In this document: positions 48,341 to 58,647 of the stretch, piece after piece
Layout: every line of letters starts with the position of its first letter
Position numbering within the stretch: the stretch's first letter is position 1
Origin: an uncultured Salinibacterium sp.
GTDB lineage: Bacteria; Actinomycetota; Actinomycetes; Actinomycetales; Microbacteriaceae
Length of the DNA: 64,000 nt
Reading direction: 5' to 3'
Assembly (NCBI GenBank): GCA_964477625.1
Contig: CAYZHZ010000002.1
Span: forward strand, 11,444 to 75,443
The notes under the pieces: generated by a model
The model's database searches: none
What the model was told of the DNA's origin: nothing
What the model saw: the letters and a program-made list of their open reading frames with translations, nothing else
Made by a program: the position numbers and the translations under genes

Positions 48341-49291
48341 TTAGTACTCGAGCTGCCTCTGCAACTCGTCGAGCACCACGTAGCAGGGCAGCACCTGGGC
48401 GACGCTGGAGTTGGGCTCGCGCCCCTCGACGATCGCGGCCACGAACTCGCGGTCCTGCAGCTCGATGCCGTTCACCGACACGTCGACGTGCGAGACGTCG
48501 ATCGGCTCCTCCTTGCCCGTGACGAGGTCGTCGTACCGCGCGATGTAGGTTCCCGTGTCCCCGATGTAGCGGAAGAAGGTGCCCAGCGGGCCGTCGTTGT
48601 TGAACGACAGGCTGAGCGTGCAGATCTTGCCCGTCTCGGTCTTCAGCTGGATCGACATGTCCATGGCGACCCCGAGCTCCGGATGCTTCGGGCCCTGGAT
48701 CGCGTTCGCAGTCACGACCTTCTCGCCGGTCTGGTACTGGAACAGGTCGACGGTGTGGGCGGCGTGGTGCCAGAGCAGGTGGTCGGTCCACGAGCGGGGC
48801 TGGCCGAGCGCGTTCATGTTGGTGCGGCGGAAGAAGTAGGTCTGCACGTCCATCTGCTGGATCGCGAACTCCCCCGCGATGATCTTCTTGTGCAGATACT
48901 GGTGTGACGGGTTGAACCGGCGGGTGTGCCCGGCCATCGCGATGCGACCGGTCTCGGCCTGCACGTCGACGATCTCCTGCACTCCGGCGAGCGAGTCGGC
49001 CATGGGGATCTCGACCATGACGTGCTTGCCCGCGCGCAGCGCCTCGATGGTCTGCGCGTGGTGCATCTGCGTCGGCGTCGCCAGCAGCACGCCATCGAGG
49101 TCGGGCTGCGCCAGCAGCGCGCTGTAGTCGGTGAAGGCGTGCGCGGCGCCGTACTTCGCGGCGACCTCCTGCGCGACATCCATCTTCGAGTGCGCAACCG
49201 AGTGGATGACCGCATCGGGGATCTGCGTGAGCGCGTCGAGGTGCTTCTGGCCGAAGGCGCCGAGGCCCACGACCGCGAGGTTGACGGTCAC
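48341..49291 (-). CDS. ligC: 4-carboxy-2-hydroxymuconate-6-semialdehyde dehydrogenase
   Basis: GAFGQKHLD, ATPTQMH, VEIP, GHTRRFNPSHQ, RSWTDHLLWHHAAH. Confidence 0.95.
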   Translation of the reverse strand: MTVNLAVVGLGAFGQKHLDALTQIPDAVIHSVAHSKMDVAQEVAAKYGAAHAFTDYSALLAQPDLDGVLLATPTQMHHAQTIEALRAGKHVMVEIPMADSLAGVQEIVDVQAETGRIAMAGHTRRFNPSHQYLHKKIIAGEFAIQQMDVQTYFFRRTNMNALGQPRSWTDHLLWHHAAHTVDLFQYQTGEKVVTANAIQGPKHPELGVAMDMSIQLKTETGKICTLSLSFNNDGPLGTFFRYIGDTGTYIARYDDLVTGKEEPIDVSHVDVSVNGIELQDREFVAAIVEGREPNSSVAQVLPCYVVLDELQRQLEY

Positions 49292-49293
49292 GC

Positions 49294-50139
49294 TCAGATC
49301 TCCTTCGGGGTCAGGATGAGGTGGCCGACCGAGGTGTTGGATGCCGGCACGTGGTTGAAACGGTAGACCTCATCGACCTCGGCGCCCAGGGCGCCGCGCA
49401 TGATGAGCCACATGATGAGCTCAACGCCCTCGGAGCCCGCCTCGATCATGTACTCGAGGTGCGGCTTGTACTGCAGCACCTCGGGCTGGTTGACCAGGTC
49501 ATCCATGAACTGCTTGTCCCAGGGCAGGTTGATGAGGCCGGCCCGGGCCCCCTGGATCTGGTGGCTCATGCCGCCGGTTCCCCAGATCTGCACGTCGAGG
49601 TCCTCGTCGAACTGCTGCACCGCACGGCGGATCGCCTTACCCAGCGACAGGCAGCGCTCGCCCGACGGCTGCGGGTACATGACGACGTTGACCGGCAGCG
49701 GGATCACCTTGGTGGGCCACTTGTCGGGGGTGCCGAACATGAGCGACATCGGCACGGTGAGTCCGTGATCGACCTCGAGCACGTTGAGCACGGTCATGTC
49801 GAAGTCGTCGAGGATCAGGGATGCCGCCAAGTGCGTCGCGAGCTCGGGCGCGCCTTCGACCACGGGCACGGGCCGCGGTCCGTAACCCTCATCGCAGATC
49901 GCGAACGAGTCACCGACGCCCATCGCGAAGGTCGGCATGATCTCCATGCCGAAGTACGACGCGTGGTCGTTGTAGACGATGATCGCGACATCCGGTGTGT
50001 GGTCGGCCATCCATTTCTTCGAGAACTCGTAGCCCTCGAACATGGGCTTCCAGTACGGCTCCTCGGTGCGACCCATGTCGACGGCCGCGCCGACGGCGGG
50101 CACGTGACTGGTGCTGACTCCTGCGGTGATGCGTGCCAT
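49294..50139 (-). CDS. ligB: Protocatechuate 4,5-dioxygenase beta subunit
   Basis: MARITAGVSTSHVPA, VYNDHA, DEGYGPRPVP, VDHGLTVP, GGMSHQ, GSEGVELIMW. Confidence 0.95.
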   Translation of the reverse strand: MARITAGVSTSHVPAVGAAVDMGRTEEPYWKPMFEGYEFSKKWMADHTPDVAIIVYNDHASYFGMEIMPTFAMGVGDSFAICDEGYGPRPVPVVEGAPELATHLAASLILDDFDMTVLNVLEVDHGLTVPMSLMFGTPDKWPTKVIPLPVNVVMYPQPSGERCLSLGKAIRRAVQQFDEDLDVQIWGTGGMSHQIQGARAGLINLPWDKQFMDDLVNQPEVLQYKPHLEYMIEAGSEGVELIMWLIMRGALGAEVDEVYRFNHVPASNTSVGHLILTPKEI

Positions 50140-50540
50140 CAGGCTTCTCCTCGCTCTTTCTTGCTGCGCCAGCCCTCGACGCTGCGGCCGCCGGCCAGCA
50201 TCATCGCCTGGTACTCCGGCACGTTCATGTCGGTCATGGTGCTGACGGCCTGCACATACGACAGGCCGTCGGACGCGAAGATCTTCGCGAGGAAGTAGAC
50301 ATTGCCGCCGTGGTCGAGCATCTTCTGGAAGTCGCGGGTGAGCACTGCCTGCTTCTGTTCCTCGGTCATCTCCCACTCATCGACATACGATCGCTCGTCG
50401 GCGAGGAAGCGCTCGCGGTTCTCCGCACTGCGCAGACTCATGCAGAACTGATTGAGGTGGAACCCCTTCTTGGCCATCTCGATCGTGAAGATCGTGGTGC
50501 CGGGGATGTCATCGAACTGGTGGAAATCCGGTTTCGTCAT
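50139..50540 (-). CDS. ligA: Protocatechuate 4,5-dioxygenase alpha subunit
   Basis: DIPGTTIF, GFHLNQFCMSL, GGNVYFLAK, MMLAGGRS. Confidence 0.95.
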   Translation of the reverse strand: MTKPDFHQFDDIPGTTIFTIEMAKKGFHLNQFCMSLRSAENRERFLADERSYVDEWEMTEEQKQAVLTRDFQKMLDHGGNVYFLAKIFASDGLSYVQAVSTMTDMNVPEYQAMMLAGGRSVEGWRSKKERGEA

Positions 50541-50542
50541 GG

Positions 50543-51430
50543 TCAGCTCCAATACAGGGTGGTGGGATTGGTGACCAGGAGTTTCTCCTGGAGTGCGGGG
50601 GTCGTCGCGATCGTGGGTACGTAGTCGACGAGGATGCCGTCGTCGGGCATCTCCTTCTTCATGTTCGGATGCGGCCAGTCGGTTCCCCAGAGCACCCGGT
50701 CGCTGAACTCGTCCACGATCGCCTTCGCGAAAGGGACCACGTCCACGTAGTGGGGCGAGCCCGACACGGTCAGGCGGTCGGGGCAGCTGACCTTGGTCCA
50801 GACATCCGCTGTGCGAGCGAAGTCGAGGTAGGCCTGGAATTCCGGTCCGTCGACGGGCTTGGTCACGTCGGGGCGACCCATGTGGTCGACGACGATCGGC
50901 ACCCCGAGGCTCGCGAAGAAGTCGCGTTTCTCGGCGAGATCGGCGGGTTCGAAGTAGAGCACCACGTGCCAGCCCAGCGGGGCGATCTTGTCGACGATCG
51001 CGCGGTAGTAGTCGTCGGGCTTCGGGTCGACCAGGCGCTTGACGTAGTTGAAGCGCACGCCGCGCACGCCCAGGTCGTCCATGCGGGCGAGCTCGCGCGC
51101 CTCGATGTCGGGCTTGACGGTGACCACTCCGCGAGCGCGATCGTCGGAGTGCTCGAGCACGTCGAGCAGCGCCGAGTTGTCGGCACCGTGGCAGGTGGCC
51201 TGAACGACGACGTTCTTGTCGAAACCGAGGAAGTCGCGCAGGGCGAACAACTGCTCGCGACTCGCATCGCACGGCGTGTACTTGCGTTCCGGGGCGAAGG
51301 GGAAGATGTTGCCCGGGCCGAAGACGTGGCAGTGCGCGTCGACCGATCCCGGGGGAACGGCGAAGGTGGGCTTGGTGGGATCGGGGTCCCAGTCGAGCCA
51401 CGTGGCATCCTTCACGAAAGCTGTGCTCAT
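50543..51430 (-). CDS. ligI: 2-pyrone-4,6-dicarboxylate hydrolase
   Basis: DAHCHVFGP, ERKYTP, VQATCHGADN, DHMGRP, WGTDWPHPN. Confidence 0.95.
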   Translation of the reverse strand: MSTAFVKDATWLDWDPDPTKPTFAVPPGSVDAHCHVFGPGNIFPFAPERKYTPCDASREQLFALRDFLGFDKNVVVQATCHGADNSALLDVLEHSDDRARGVVTVKPDIEARELARMDDLGVRGVRFNYVKRLVDPKPDDYYRAIVDKIAPLGWHVVLYFEPADLAEKRDFFASLGVPIVVDHMGRPDVTKPVDGPEFQAYLDFARTADVWTKVSCPDRLTVSGSPHYVDVVPFAKAIVDEFSDRVLWGTDWPHPNMKKEMPDDGILVDYVPTIATTPALQEKLLVTNPTTLYWS

Positions 51431-52446
51431 TGCTTCTGCACCGCCAGTTGGTTCTTGAGGCGGGGGAACACCGCGTAGGCGTTGGTCTCGAAGATGCTCG
51501 CCTTCTCGGCATCGCTGATCTGAGCCGCGTCGATGTAGCGGCGGGTGTCGTCGAAGTAGTGGCCCGTGGTCGGATCGATGCCCCGAACCGCGCCGATCAT
51601 CTCGGAGCCGAAGAGGATGTTCTTGTTGTCGATCACCTTCACGAGCAGGTCGATTCCGGGCTGGTGGTAGACGCAGGTGTCGAAGAAGACGTTGTTCATC
51701 AGGTGGGTGTCGAGCGACGGCTTCTTCAGCATGTCCGCGAGACCGCGATAGCGACCCCAGTGGTACGGCACGGCCCCGCCACCGTGCGGGATGATCAGAC
51801 GCAGGGTCGGGAAGTCCTTGAACAGGTCACCCTGAATGAGCTGCATGAAGGCCGTAGTGTCGGCGTTCATGTAGTGCGCGCCTGTCGCGTGGAAGTTCGG
51901 GTTGCAGCTCGCGGAGACGTGAACCATGGCCGGCACGTCGAGCTCGACCATCTTCTCGTAGAGCGGGTACCAGAACTTGTCAGTCAGCGGAACTGTCTGC
52001 CACTGGCCACCGCTCGGGTCGGGGTTGAGGTTCACACCGATGAAGCCGAGTTCGTTCACCACGCGCTCGAGCTCGGCAAGCGTCTCAGTGAGATCGGCAC
52101 CGGGCGACTGTGGCAGCTGTCCGACACCGACGAAGGTATCGGGGAACAGGTCGACGACTCGCTTGATGAGGTTGTTGCAGGCCACTGTCCACTCGAGGCT
52201 GATGCGCTGATCGCCCTCGTGGTGACCCATGGCACTCGCCCGAGGGGAGAAGATCGTGAGGTCGCTACCTCGCTCGGTGATGAGCTTGAGTTGGTTCTCC
52301 TCGATCGACGCGCGGATCGTGTCATCCGAGATCTCAGGGTAGGCGGGGCTCGGCTTGCCTGCCGCGTACGCAGCGAGCTGATCGATACGCCACTGGTTGT
52401 GGGCCTCGGGGGCTGTCGTGTAGTGGCCGTGGATGTCGATGATCAT
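51427..52446 (-). CDS. ligJ: 4-oxalomesaconate hydratase
   Basis: MIIDIHGHYTTAP, FSPRASAMGHH, NPDPSGG, PHGGGAVPYHWGR, FGSEMIGAV. Confidence 0.95.
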   Translation of the reverse strand: MIIDIHGHYTTAPEAHNQWRIDQLAAYAAGKPSPAYPEISDDTIRASIEENQLKLITERGSDLTIFSPRASAMGHHEGDQRISLEWTVACNNLIKRVVDLFPDTFVGVGQLPQSPGADLTETLAELERVVNELGFIGVNLNPDPSGGQWQTVPLTDKFWYPLYEKMVELDVPAMVHVSASCNPNFHATGAHYMNADTTAFMQLIQGDLFKDFPTLRLIIPHGGGAVPYHWGRYRGLADMLKKPSLDTHLMNNVFFDTCVYHQPGIDLLVKVIDNKNILFGSEMIGAVRGIDPTTGHYFDDTRRYIDAAQISDAEKASIFETNAYAVFPRLKNQLAVQKQ

Positions 52447-52453
52447 GCGTGTC

Positions 52454-53545
52454 TCAAGCTCCGATTGGGTTGACGTAGATGGTGCCCGACATGAGCATGC
52501 GGGCGGTGCGCAGCAGCGCGGACTTCGTGACGACGAGCTCGCCCGATGACCGGTCGACCTCCATCTGCACTGTGAAGAATCCGGTCGGATGCTCGACCTC
52601 GACCTCGAGGGAGGGCGCAGCGCTCGTGACGCCAGCGATGCGCGCGGCAACGCTGCCCTCGATCATGCAAGCTGTCGCAACTGACACGGCGCCGAGCACC
52701 CCGATCGACTCGTGCACGCGATTCGGGATGAACGTGCGAGTAGCCACCAGACCGCCGTCGCGGGCGGGGGCCAGCAGGCTCATCTTCGGCACGGTCTTGC
52801 TGGTGACATCCCCGAGGTTCATGAGAGGGCCGACGGCCAGCCGGATCGCCTCGACCTTCGCCTTGAGCTCCTCGTTGGCCTCGAGTTCGGCCGGGGTCTC
52901 GTAGCCTGTGACACCCAGGTCGCTAGCTGCGAGGCAGACAACGGGCATCCCGTTATCGATGCAGGTGACCTCGACGCCTTCCACGATGTCGACGGCGTTG
53001 CCGGTGGGGAGGAGGGCGCCGCAGGTGGAGCCCGCGACATCCTCGAAGTTGATCATGATCGGAGCGTGAGTGCCGGGTACGCCGTCGATGCGGGCCTCGC
53101 CCGCGTAGTTCACGACTCCACCGGGGGTCTCGACGAACGCGGTGGCTTTCGAGTCGGTGTTGACCATGAAGATGGCGACGGGAGTGAGGTCGCCCTGTGC
53201 TGGCACGAGTCCGCGCTCGATGGCGAACGGGCCGACCCCCGCCAAGATGTTGCCGCAGTTCTGCTGGTCACTCACCTCGGTACGGTCGGGCCAGACCTGC
53301 AGGAACAGGTAGTCAACGTCGATGCCCTCGCGCTCGGAGCGGCTGACCACCGCGACCTTCGAGGTCAACGGATGCCCGCCGCCTAGTCCGTCGATCTCGC
53401 GCACGTCAGGCGAGCCCATCGCCGCCAGCAGGAAGGCGTCACGGGCGGGGCGGTCGGACGGGAGGTCTTCTTTGAGGAAGTACAGGCCCTTCGAGGTGCC
53501 ACCGCGCATCACTGCGCCGGGCACGGCTGTTTGGGTGTTGGTCAC
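52454..53545 (-). CDS. ligU: 4-oxalomesaconate tautomerase (PrpF/FldA family)
   Basis: [43 protein letters not shown]. Confidence 0.93.
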   Translation of the reverse strand: MTNTQTAVPGAVMRGGTSKGLYFLKEDLPSDRPARDAFLLAAMGSPDVREIDGLGGGHPLTSKVAVVSRSEREGIDVDYLFLQVWPDRTEVSDQQNCGNILAGVGPFAIERGLVPAQGDLTPVAIFMVNTDSKATAFVETPGGVVNYAGEARIDGVPGTHAPIMINFEDVAGSTCGALLPTGNAVDIVEGVEVTCIDNGMPVVCLAASDLGVTGYETPAELEANEELKAKVEAIRLAVGPLMNLGDVTSKTVPKMSLLAPARDGGLVATRTFIPNRVHESIGVLGAVSVATACMIEGSVAARIAGVTSAAPSLEVEVEHPTGFFTVQMEVDRSSGELVVTKSALLRTARMLMSGTIYVNPIGA

Positions 53546-54222
53546 GGCGTGTAGTCCTCGTAGACGAGACCCGCGGCGGCGAGCTTCTCGCGCATCGAGT
53601 AGATGTCGAGCCCGAGCTCTCCGGCGCGCAGGCGCTCGCGCTTCGCGGTCTCGTTGGCTTCGCGCTCGCGGCCCTTGGCGAGAACCTCAGCGGCATCCTC
53701 TCGGCGCACCACGACCACACCGTCGATGTCGGCGATGACGACGTCGCCCGGGTTCACCAGCTGGTTGGCAATGACGATGGGGGTCTGCACGTTGCCGGGA
53801 GTGAACTTGACGGTGCCCTGCGCGCCAATGTTCTTCGACCAGACGGGAAAGCCCATCTCGGTGAGCGTGGCAACATCGCGCACCCCAGCATCGATCACGA
53901 GGCCGCGCACGCCGTGTGCCAGGAGCGAGTCGGCGAGTAGGTCACCGAGGTAGCCGTCTTCGCAGGGGCTGGTGGGGGTAACCACGAGGATGTCTCCGGG
54001 CTGCGCCTGCTCGACCGCAACGTGGATAGTCCAGTTGTCGCCGGGGGCGACCTCGGCGGTGAGCGCGGTGCCGGCGATCTTGGCGGGGAAGATGGGACGC
54101 AGCCGGATGTCGAGCAGTCCGCTGCGGCCCTGAGCCTCGTGCACCGTCGCGACGCCCAACTCGGCCAGGCCGTCGACGATGTGCAATGCGGTCCGTGGTG
54201 TTCCTCGAACTACCCGCGCCAT
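53542..54222 (-). CDS. ligK: 4-carboxy-4-hydroxy-2-oxoadipate aldolase (HMG/CHA aldolase)
   Basis: [40 protein letters not shown]. Confidence 0.95.
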   Translation of the reverse strand: MARVVRGTPRTALHIVDGLAELGVATVHEAQGRSGLLDIRLRPIFPAKIAGTALTAEVAPGDNWTIHVAVEQAQPGDILVVTPTSPCEDGYLGDLLADSLLAHGVRGLVIDAGVRDVATLTEMGFPVWSKNIGAQGTVKFTPGNVQTPIVIANQLVNPGDVVIADIDGVVVVRREDAAEVLAKGREREANETAKRERLRAGELGLDIYSMREKLAAAGLVYEDYTP

Positions 54223-54298
54223 GTTCTTCCCTCGAATCTGCGCGCAGTGCGCGTGTAAATCAAGACAACGCGACAAGCCGCCGGACGCCTAGGGGGTA

Positions 54299-54313
54299 TT
54301 CCGGATAGCGGAA
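54299..54313. promoter_or_regulatory. IclR-type operator TTCCG-N5-CGGAA upstream of ligK
   Basis: ttccggatagcggaa between the IclR stop and the ligK start. Confidence 0.65.
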
Positions 54314-54328
54314 GGAGGATTGGGGCCG

Positions 54329-55180
54329 CTAGAGGAGCCGCGACGCCTCACCAAGCCCGCTCTGCACGAGCTTCTTCGACAGCGCGGCTGCAGTCACCTG
54401 GAGCACGGGCACCATGCGCGAGATCTCGGCGTTGTCGCTCGACGACACCACGCCGAGCGCGGCGATGACCTTCTCCCCCTTGCCGCGCAGGGGCACGGCG
54501 ACCGACGTAGCTCCCGGCGCCAGCTCCTCCCGGGTGATCGCAAACCCCTGGGACTTGATCGTCACGAGTTGGGACCTGAGCGTCGACACATCGGTGATGG
54601 TCTTGTCGGTGTAACGGTCGAGGGAGCCGAGCACAGCATCCTGCAACTCCGTCCCCGCGTAAGCCAGCAGCACTTTGCCCACCCCCGTGGCGTGCAGTGG
54701 CAGGCGCGAACCGGGCTTGCTGAGAACGGAGATCGTCCGTGAGCCCGCGATGCGGTCAACGATGAGGCAGCGCAATCCGTCGAGGACCGCTACCTGTACG
54801 GCATCGTTGCCGAGCTCGTAGACGTCCTCCATGTAGGGAAGAGCCACTTCGCGCAGCTCGACGTGCACCGAGGCAAGAGTACCGAGCCGCCAGATCTTGC
54901 TGCCGATCTCGTAGTCGCCGTCGGAACCTCGCACCAGCGCGTCATTGCGTTCGAGGTCGTGGGCGAGCCGGTGAACCGTGGTCAGGGGCAGGCCTGTGCG
55001 GCGGGAGATCGCAGCGAGCGATTGACGCCGATGCGTCGCATCGAAAGAGTCGAGCACCGCGAGGACACGACCGGTCACCGACCTTCGGGCGACACCATTT
55101 CCGAGCGTCGCGTTGGGTTTCCGATCAAGGTGGCGATCGATGTCGGAGTCCCCTTCCTCGCTAGCCGGAACCTTCGTCAT
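54329..55180 (-). CDS. IclR-family regulator of the lig operon
   Basis: SVTGRVLAVLDSF, GLPLTTVHRL, GSRLPLHATGVGKVLLA. Confidence 0.93.
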   Translation of the reverse strand: MTKVPASEEGDSDIDRHLDRKPNATLGNGVARRSVTGRVLAVLDSFDATHRRQSLAAISRRTGLPLTTVHRLAHDLERNDALVRGSDGDYEIGSKIWRLGTLASVHVELREVALPYMEDVYELGNDAVQVAVLDGLRCLIVDRIAGSRTISVLSKPGSRLPLHATGVGKVLLAYAGTELQDAVLGSLDRYTDKTITDVSTLRSQLVTIKSQGFAITREELAPGATSVAVPLRGKGEKVIAALGVVSSSDNAEISRMVPVLQVTAAALSKKLVQSGLGEASRLL

Positions 55181-55385
55181 TCTGACCCGACAGTCCCGCC
55201 GAACGTGTCGGGGTTCGACCGGATCTCACCCATGCGCCGCCTCGCACCTGAAGCCGCGTGCTGCGCGACGAGGTAGCCGAAGGTAGATCCGGCACCGACA
55301 TGACAAACCCGCCCCCGGGTACTCGGCTGCCATGATCGAATAGGCCCTACGAAGGCCAGCAGCGGTGCCGAGAAACGTCGGCACA
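55177..55385 (-). pseudogene. Degenerate duplicate of the 3' end of the FAD oxidoreductase gene
   Basis: Reads VPTFLGTAAGL...SIMAAEYPGAG / frameshift / VGAGSTFGYLVAQHAAS; 55317-55341 is identical to 56028-56052. Confidence 0.88.
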
Positions 55386-55424
55386 AAGAGTGCGGTCGTT
55401 AGCGTGCATGAACGGATTCGCACA

Positions 55425-55874
55425 TCATGCTGGCTTGATCGCTCGCCTATGGAGCGCAACCACCGGAATGGTGCGGGTCGTCCTGTTCTGATAGCTGCGG
55501 AAGTTCTCGTACTCGACGTTGTGGTCAATTGAGGTGAACTTCGCCCACCCGGCCTCGCGCTTAGCGCTCAGCAACTCCTCCACATGGACTTCTACGATTC
55601 CGTCTGCAGTTTCGATTGTCGTATCAGGATGTGCCAGAAGATTGTGGTACCAATGTGGATGCTGCGGCGCCCCGCCGTCAGAGGCCGCGATCAACCATGT
55701 GTCCTCATCGTCACGGATGCTCACAAGCGGTGTGATGTATTCGGTGCCGGACTTCGCTCCGAAATGGTGAACAAGCACCAGCCGACGACCGAATCCTTCG
55801 GAGCGGACATTGCCATTGTTAGCTCGAAAGTCCTCGATGATGCGTTTGTTTCTGTCCTGGAAGGGCCTGTTCAT
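55425..55874 (-). CDS. F420-dependent (Ddn-family) nitroreductase/quinone reductase
   Basis: NKRIIEDFRAN, GAKSG...TPL, AASDGGAPQHPHWYHNL, YQNRTTRTIPVV. Confidence 0.9.
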   Translation of the reverse strand: MNRPFQDRNKRIIEDFRANNGNVRSEGFGRRLVLVHHFGAKSGTEYITPLVSIRDDEDTWLIAASDGGAPQHPHWYHNLLAHPDTTIETADGIVEVHVEELLSAKREAGWAKFTSIDHNVEYENFRSYQNRTTRTIPVVALHRRAIKPA

Positions 55875-57631
55875 CGCACGTTCCTTTCGTCAGGGTGAGC
55901 CTGTGTTCCCGCCGAACGCGTCCGGATTGGAGCGGACTCATCCGTGCGTCGTCTCGCACACGACGCCGCGTGCTGCGCGGCGAGGTAGCCGAAGGCCAAT
56001 CCGGCACCTATTTGACAACCCGCCCCTGGGTACTCGGCTGCCATGATCGAATCGGCATCATTCCCGCACGCGTAGAGCCCCCCAATGGGGTTTCCTGACG
56101 CGTCCAAGACCTGGGCGTCGACATTGATCCGGAGCCCAGCCGCGGTGCCGAGAGGCGTGGGCACGACCGGAAGGGCGTAAAACGGTGCACGGTCGATGGG
56201 CCCGAGGTTCGGGTGGGGGCGACTCCGGTCGCCGTATTGGATTCCGAAGGGACTGGTGCCTTTTGAGAAGAGGGGATCGATACCAGTTTTCGAGGACCGA
56301 TTGGCATCTTCGACTGTCGCTTGAAGGCCGACCTCATCGACGCCGATCATTTCGGCGAGTTGCGTGATCGTCCTCGCAGTCTTGATGTAGCCATCCTGCA
56401 CGTGTCGGCGAGTCACTGAGCGAGTCGACATGGGGCGGATCAGCCCGAGACCGTACCGACGAAGGGCGCGCGCGTCGGTGATCAGCCAGGCGGGAATCGC
56501 CTCATCACCGCTGGCGTCGGTAGCATACATCGCGCGCGTAAACCTGTGATAGGACACCGACTCGTCGACGAAACGCTTGCCCGATTTCGCGACGGCGACG
56601 ATGCCGGGCTTTGCGCGATCCCAAATGTGAGGGAAAACCGCGGTGGAGCCGTTCCTTCTCCTCCCGATCGACGAGGGAAACCAGAACGCGTTGTCATCGT
56701 GGCTGCCCATCTGTCCACCCGCGGCAAGGCCTAGGGTAAGAGAGTCTCCGGACGCACCCGTGGCAGCGCGGGTGAACTGCGGTGTCGGGGACGGCAGCAA
56801 GTGCTCCCGTAGCTCTCGCCCAGCCGCAAAGCCTCCCCCCGCGAGAACCACGCCCTGTCTCACCTGAATTGTTCGCTCGCGACCGTCGGATTCCACAATC
56901 GCGCCCGTGACCCGGCCGCCATCCATGACTAACCGCTTGACGTTTGCGTTGAAGGATACCCGCGCGCCGGCTGCCAGAGCTTTCTCGTAGAGGTTCGCGA
57001 CTAGGGCGTTACCCATCGTCAAGCGGGTTCCTCTCGGGTATCGCAGCAAGTCGAAGACCCATCGGATGCCGAGGCGCAGCGCGAGGAGCAGCGCCGCAGG
57101 CGAGCCTCGGAAGATGCCGAGCAGCTTGTCGGCCTCCGCGCGCCTGACCATGAGTGTCCCCGCGAACAGTGTGAACTCGGGAGCTGGTGGTCGCACGTGA
57201 CGGAAGGTGACCCGCCCGAGCCGGCGGCCATCGTATGGCAGAGGTTCCAACGCCCGGCCGACGCCGTAGCCCTTTAGTTCGGGGTGATAGTCGACCACCG
57301 TCTGTGAGTGCCGGAAGGTCACGCCCAGCCGGTCCAAGTACCGCAGCATGTCGGGACCCGCCTCGAGATAGCGTTGACGCATTCGAGGGTCGGCCTTGTC
57401 GCCGACGAGCGCGTCCAAATATTGGAGCCCGGCGACGCGATCCGCAGCCGCCGTCTCGTCATCCAGGAACGGATGACCAGGCATCCAGCAGGTGCCCGCC
57501 GAGTAGGCAGTAGTGCCGCCGACGTACTCCGTCTTCTCGATGACGAGGGTGCTCAACCCCTCGTGCGCGGCAGTGAGTGCGGCGGTGAGTCCCGCAGCTC
57601 CTGTACCCAATACCAACAGATCAACGTTCAC
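55871..57631 (-). CDS. FAD-dependent oxidoreductase (FAD_binding_2; KstD/fumarate-reductase-like)
   Basis: VLGTGAAG, GGTTAYSAG, MGNALV, VVLAGGGF, GLYACGND, YPGAG. Confidence 0.92.
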   Translation of the reverse strand: MNVDLLVLGTGAAGLTAALTAAHEGLSTLVIEKTEYVGGTTAYSAGTCWMPGHPFLDDETAAADRVAGLQYLDALVGDKADPRMRQRYLEAGPDMLRYLDRLGVTFRHSQTVVDYHPELKGYGVGRALEPLPYDGRRLGRVTFRHVRPPAPEFTLFAGTLMVRRAEADKLLGIFRGSPAALLLALRLGIRWVFDLLRYPRGTRLTMGNALVANLYEKALAAGARVSFNANVKRLVMDGGRVTGAIVESDGRERTIQVRQGVVLAGGGFAAGRELREHLLPSPTPQFTRAATGASGDSLTLGLAAGGQMGSHDDNAFWFPSSIGRRRNGSTAVFPHIWDRAKPGIVAVAKSGKRFVDESVSYHRFTRAMYATDASGDEAIPAWLITDARALRRYGLGLIRPMSTRSVTRRHVQDGYIKTARTITQLAEMIGVDEVGLQATVEDANRSSKTGIDPLFSKGTSPFGIQYGDRSRPHPNLGPIDRAPFYALPVVPTPLGTAAGLRINVDAQVLDASGNPIGGLYACGNDADSIMAAEYPGAGCQIGAGLAFGYLAAQHAASCARRRTDESAPIRTRSAGTQAHPDERNVR

Positions 57632-58475
57632 GATCCGCCTCCTCCACTAACCGCCGGGCCGCGGCCAGGTTCTCCTTCGCCCACAGGACATCGGTAGTCG
57701 CAGCTCGCATCATGGTGTTCGGGATCTCGACGCTGATCGGCACGGTGGGCGGAGCCGCTCTGACGAACTCGCGTAGGGGGAGTTCGCCGGATCCGATGGG
57801 CAGCCGGCCCGTGCGCGACTCGGTGGCGAGTGCGTTGCGGCCACCATCTCCGGGCGGCGCGAGCGGCGCATCGCAAAGTTGGAGAACCGGCACCAGAGCC
57901 GGGTCGACCTCGGCGACGGCGGCCGGAGCCGTGCCTCGGCGAGTGAGGTGCAGGGGATCGACCAAGAGCGCAGCTCCGGTGTCCTCAGCCAAGGACGCAG
58001 CAAGCGAGAAATCGCTCAGTTGCTCATAGCTGATGGTCTCCAGCGCGGGCCGGACCCCGAACTCCGCGGCGTCCGCCGCGAGCATCGCAAGGTTGTCCCG
58101 GACGCGCGCGAGCTCAGGATCGGCGGCGGCCACGGCGACGATCGTTGCCCCGAGGAATGCTCCTGCCTCGAGCGTGCGCAGCCAGGCCGACCGGTCGACG
58201 GTCTCGGTGAGCAGGATGAACTCGAAGTCGAGGGCGGTTAGTCCCGTGCCCTGAAGAAGCCGGGCCGTCTCGCGAAGCAACGGGGAACCTGGCCCCATCT
58301 GCAGGTCCGGATCTCTCACGCTGAACGGGCTCACGCGTAGCCCGATAAAATCGTAGCCTGCCTCGGCAGCGATTCGGACGCTCTCGGGTGCAGGCAGAGG
58401 CGCAAGTGTGAGATAGGCCATGCCGTATCGGCGGCCAGCAGCCATGCCGTCTGTGTCCGCCAGACGTTCGATCAC
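57621..58475 (-). CDS. Sugar phosphate isomerase/epimerase-family TIM barrel
   Basis: AAEAGYDFIGLR, LE, DPLH, QLCDA, RLPIGSGELP, SVEIP; start may be 58445. Confidence 0.85.
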   Translation of the reverse strand: MIERLADTDGMAAGRRYGMAYLTLAPLPAPESVRIAAEAGYDFIGLRVSPFSVRDPDLQMGPGSPLLRETARLLQGTGLTALDFEFILLTETVDRSAWLRTLEAGAFLGATIVAVAAADPELARVRDNLAMLAADAAEFGVRPALETISYEQLSDFSLAASLAEDTGAALLVDPLHLTRRGTAPAAVAEVDPALVPVLQLCDAPLAPPGDGGRNALATESRTGRLPIGSGELPLREFVRAAPPTVPISVEIPNTMMRAATTDVLWAKENLAAARRLVEEADRER

Positions 58476-58552
58476 GTGAGTGCCTTTCCAGCAATCGCGG
58501 CAAGCAGGCTGTCCCGCTTCCTCGAGGTTCCGTGGTCGAGCTTATCAGTTTT

Positions 58553-58567
58553 TGGAATACCATTCCA
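58553..58567. promoter_or_regulatory. Palindrome TGGAAT-ACC-ATTCCA, candidate operator
   Basis: In the divergent promoter between the TIM-barrel gene and LacI. Confidence 0.5.
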
Positions 58568-58647
58568 GTTCGGATCGATGTTGTCTTCTTTCGACAAGCT
58601 ATCGTGGAGTATGACAAACGCCTCGCGCGGACATCAAGTGGGGCAGG

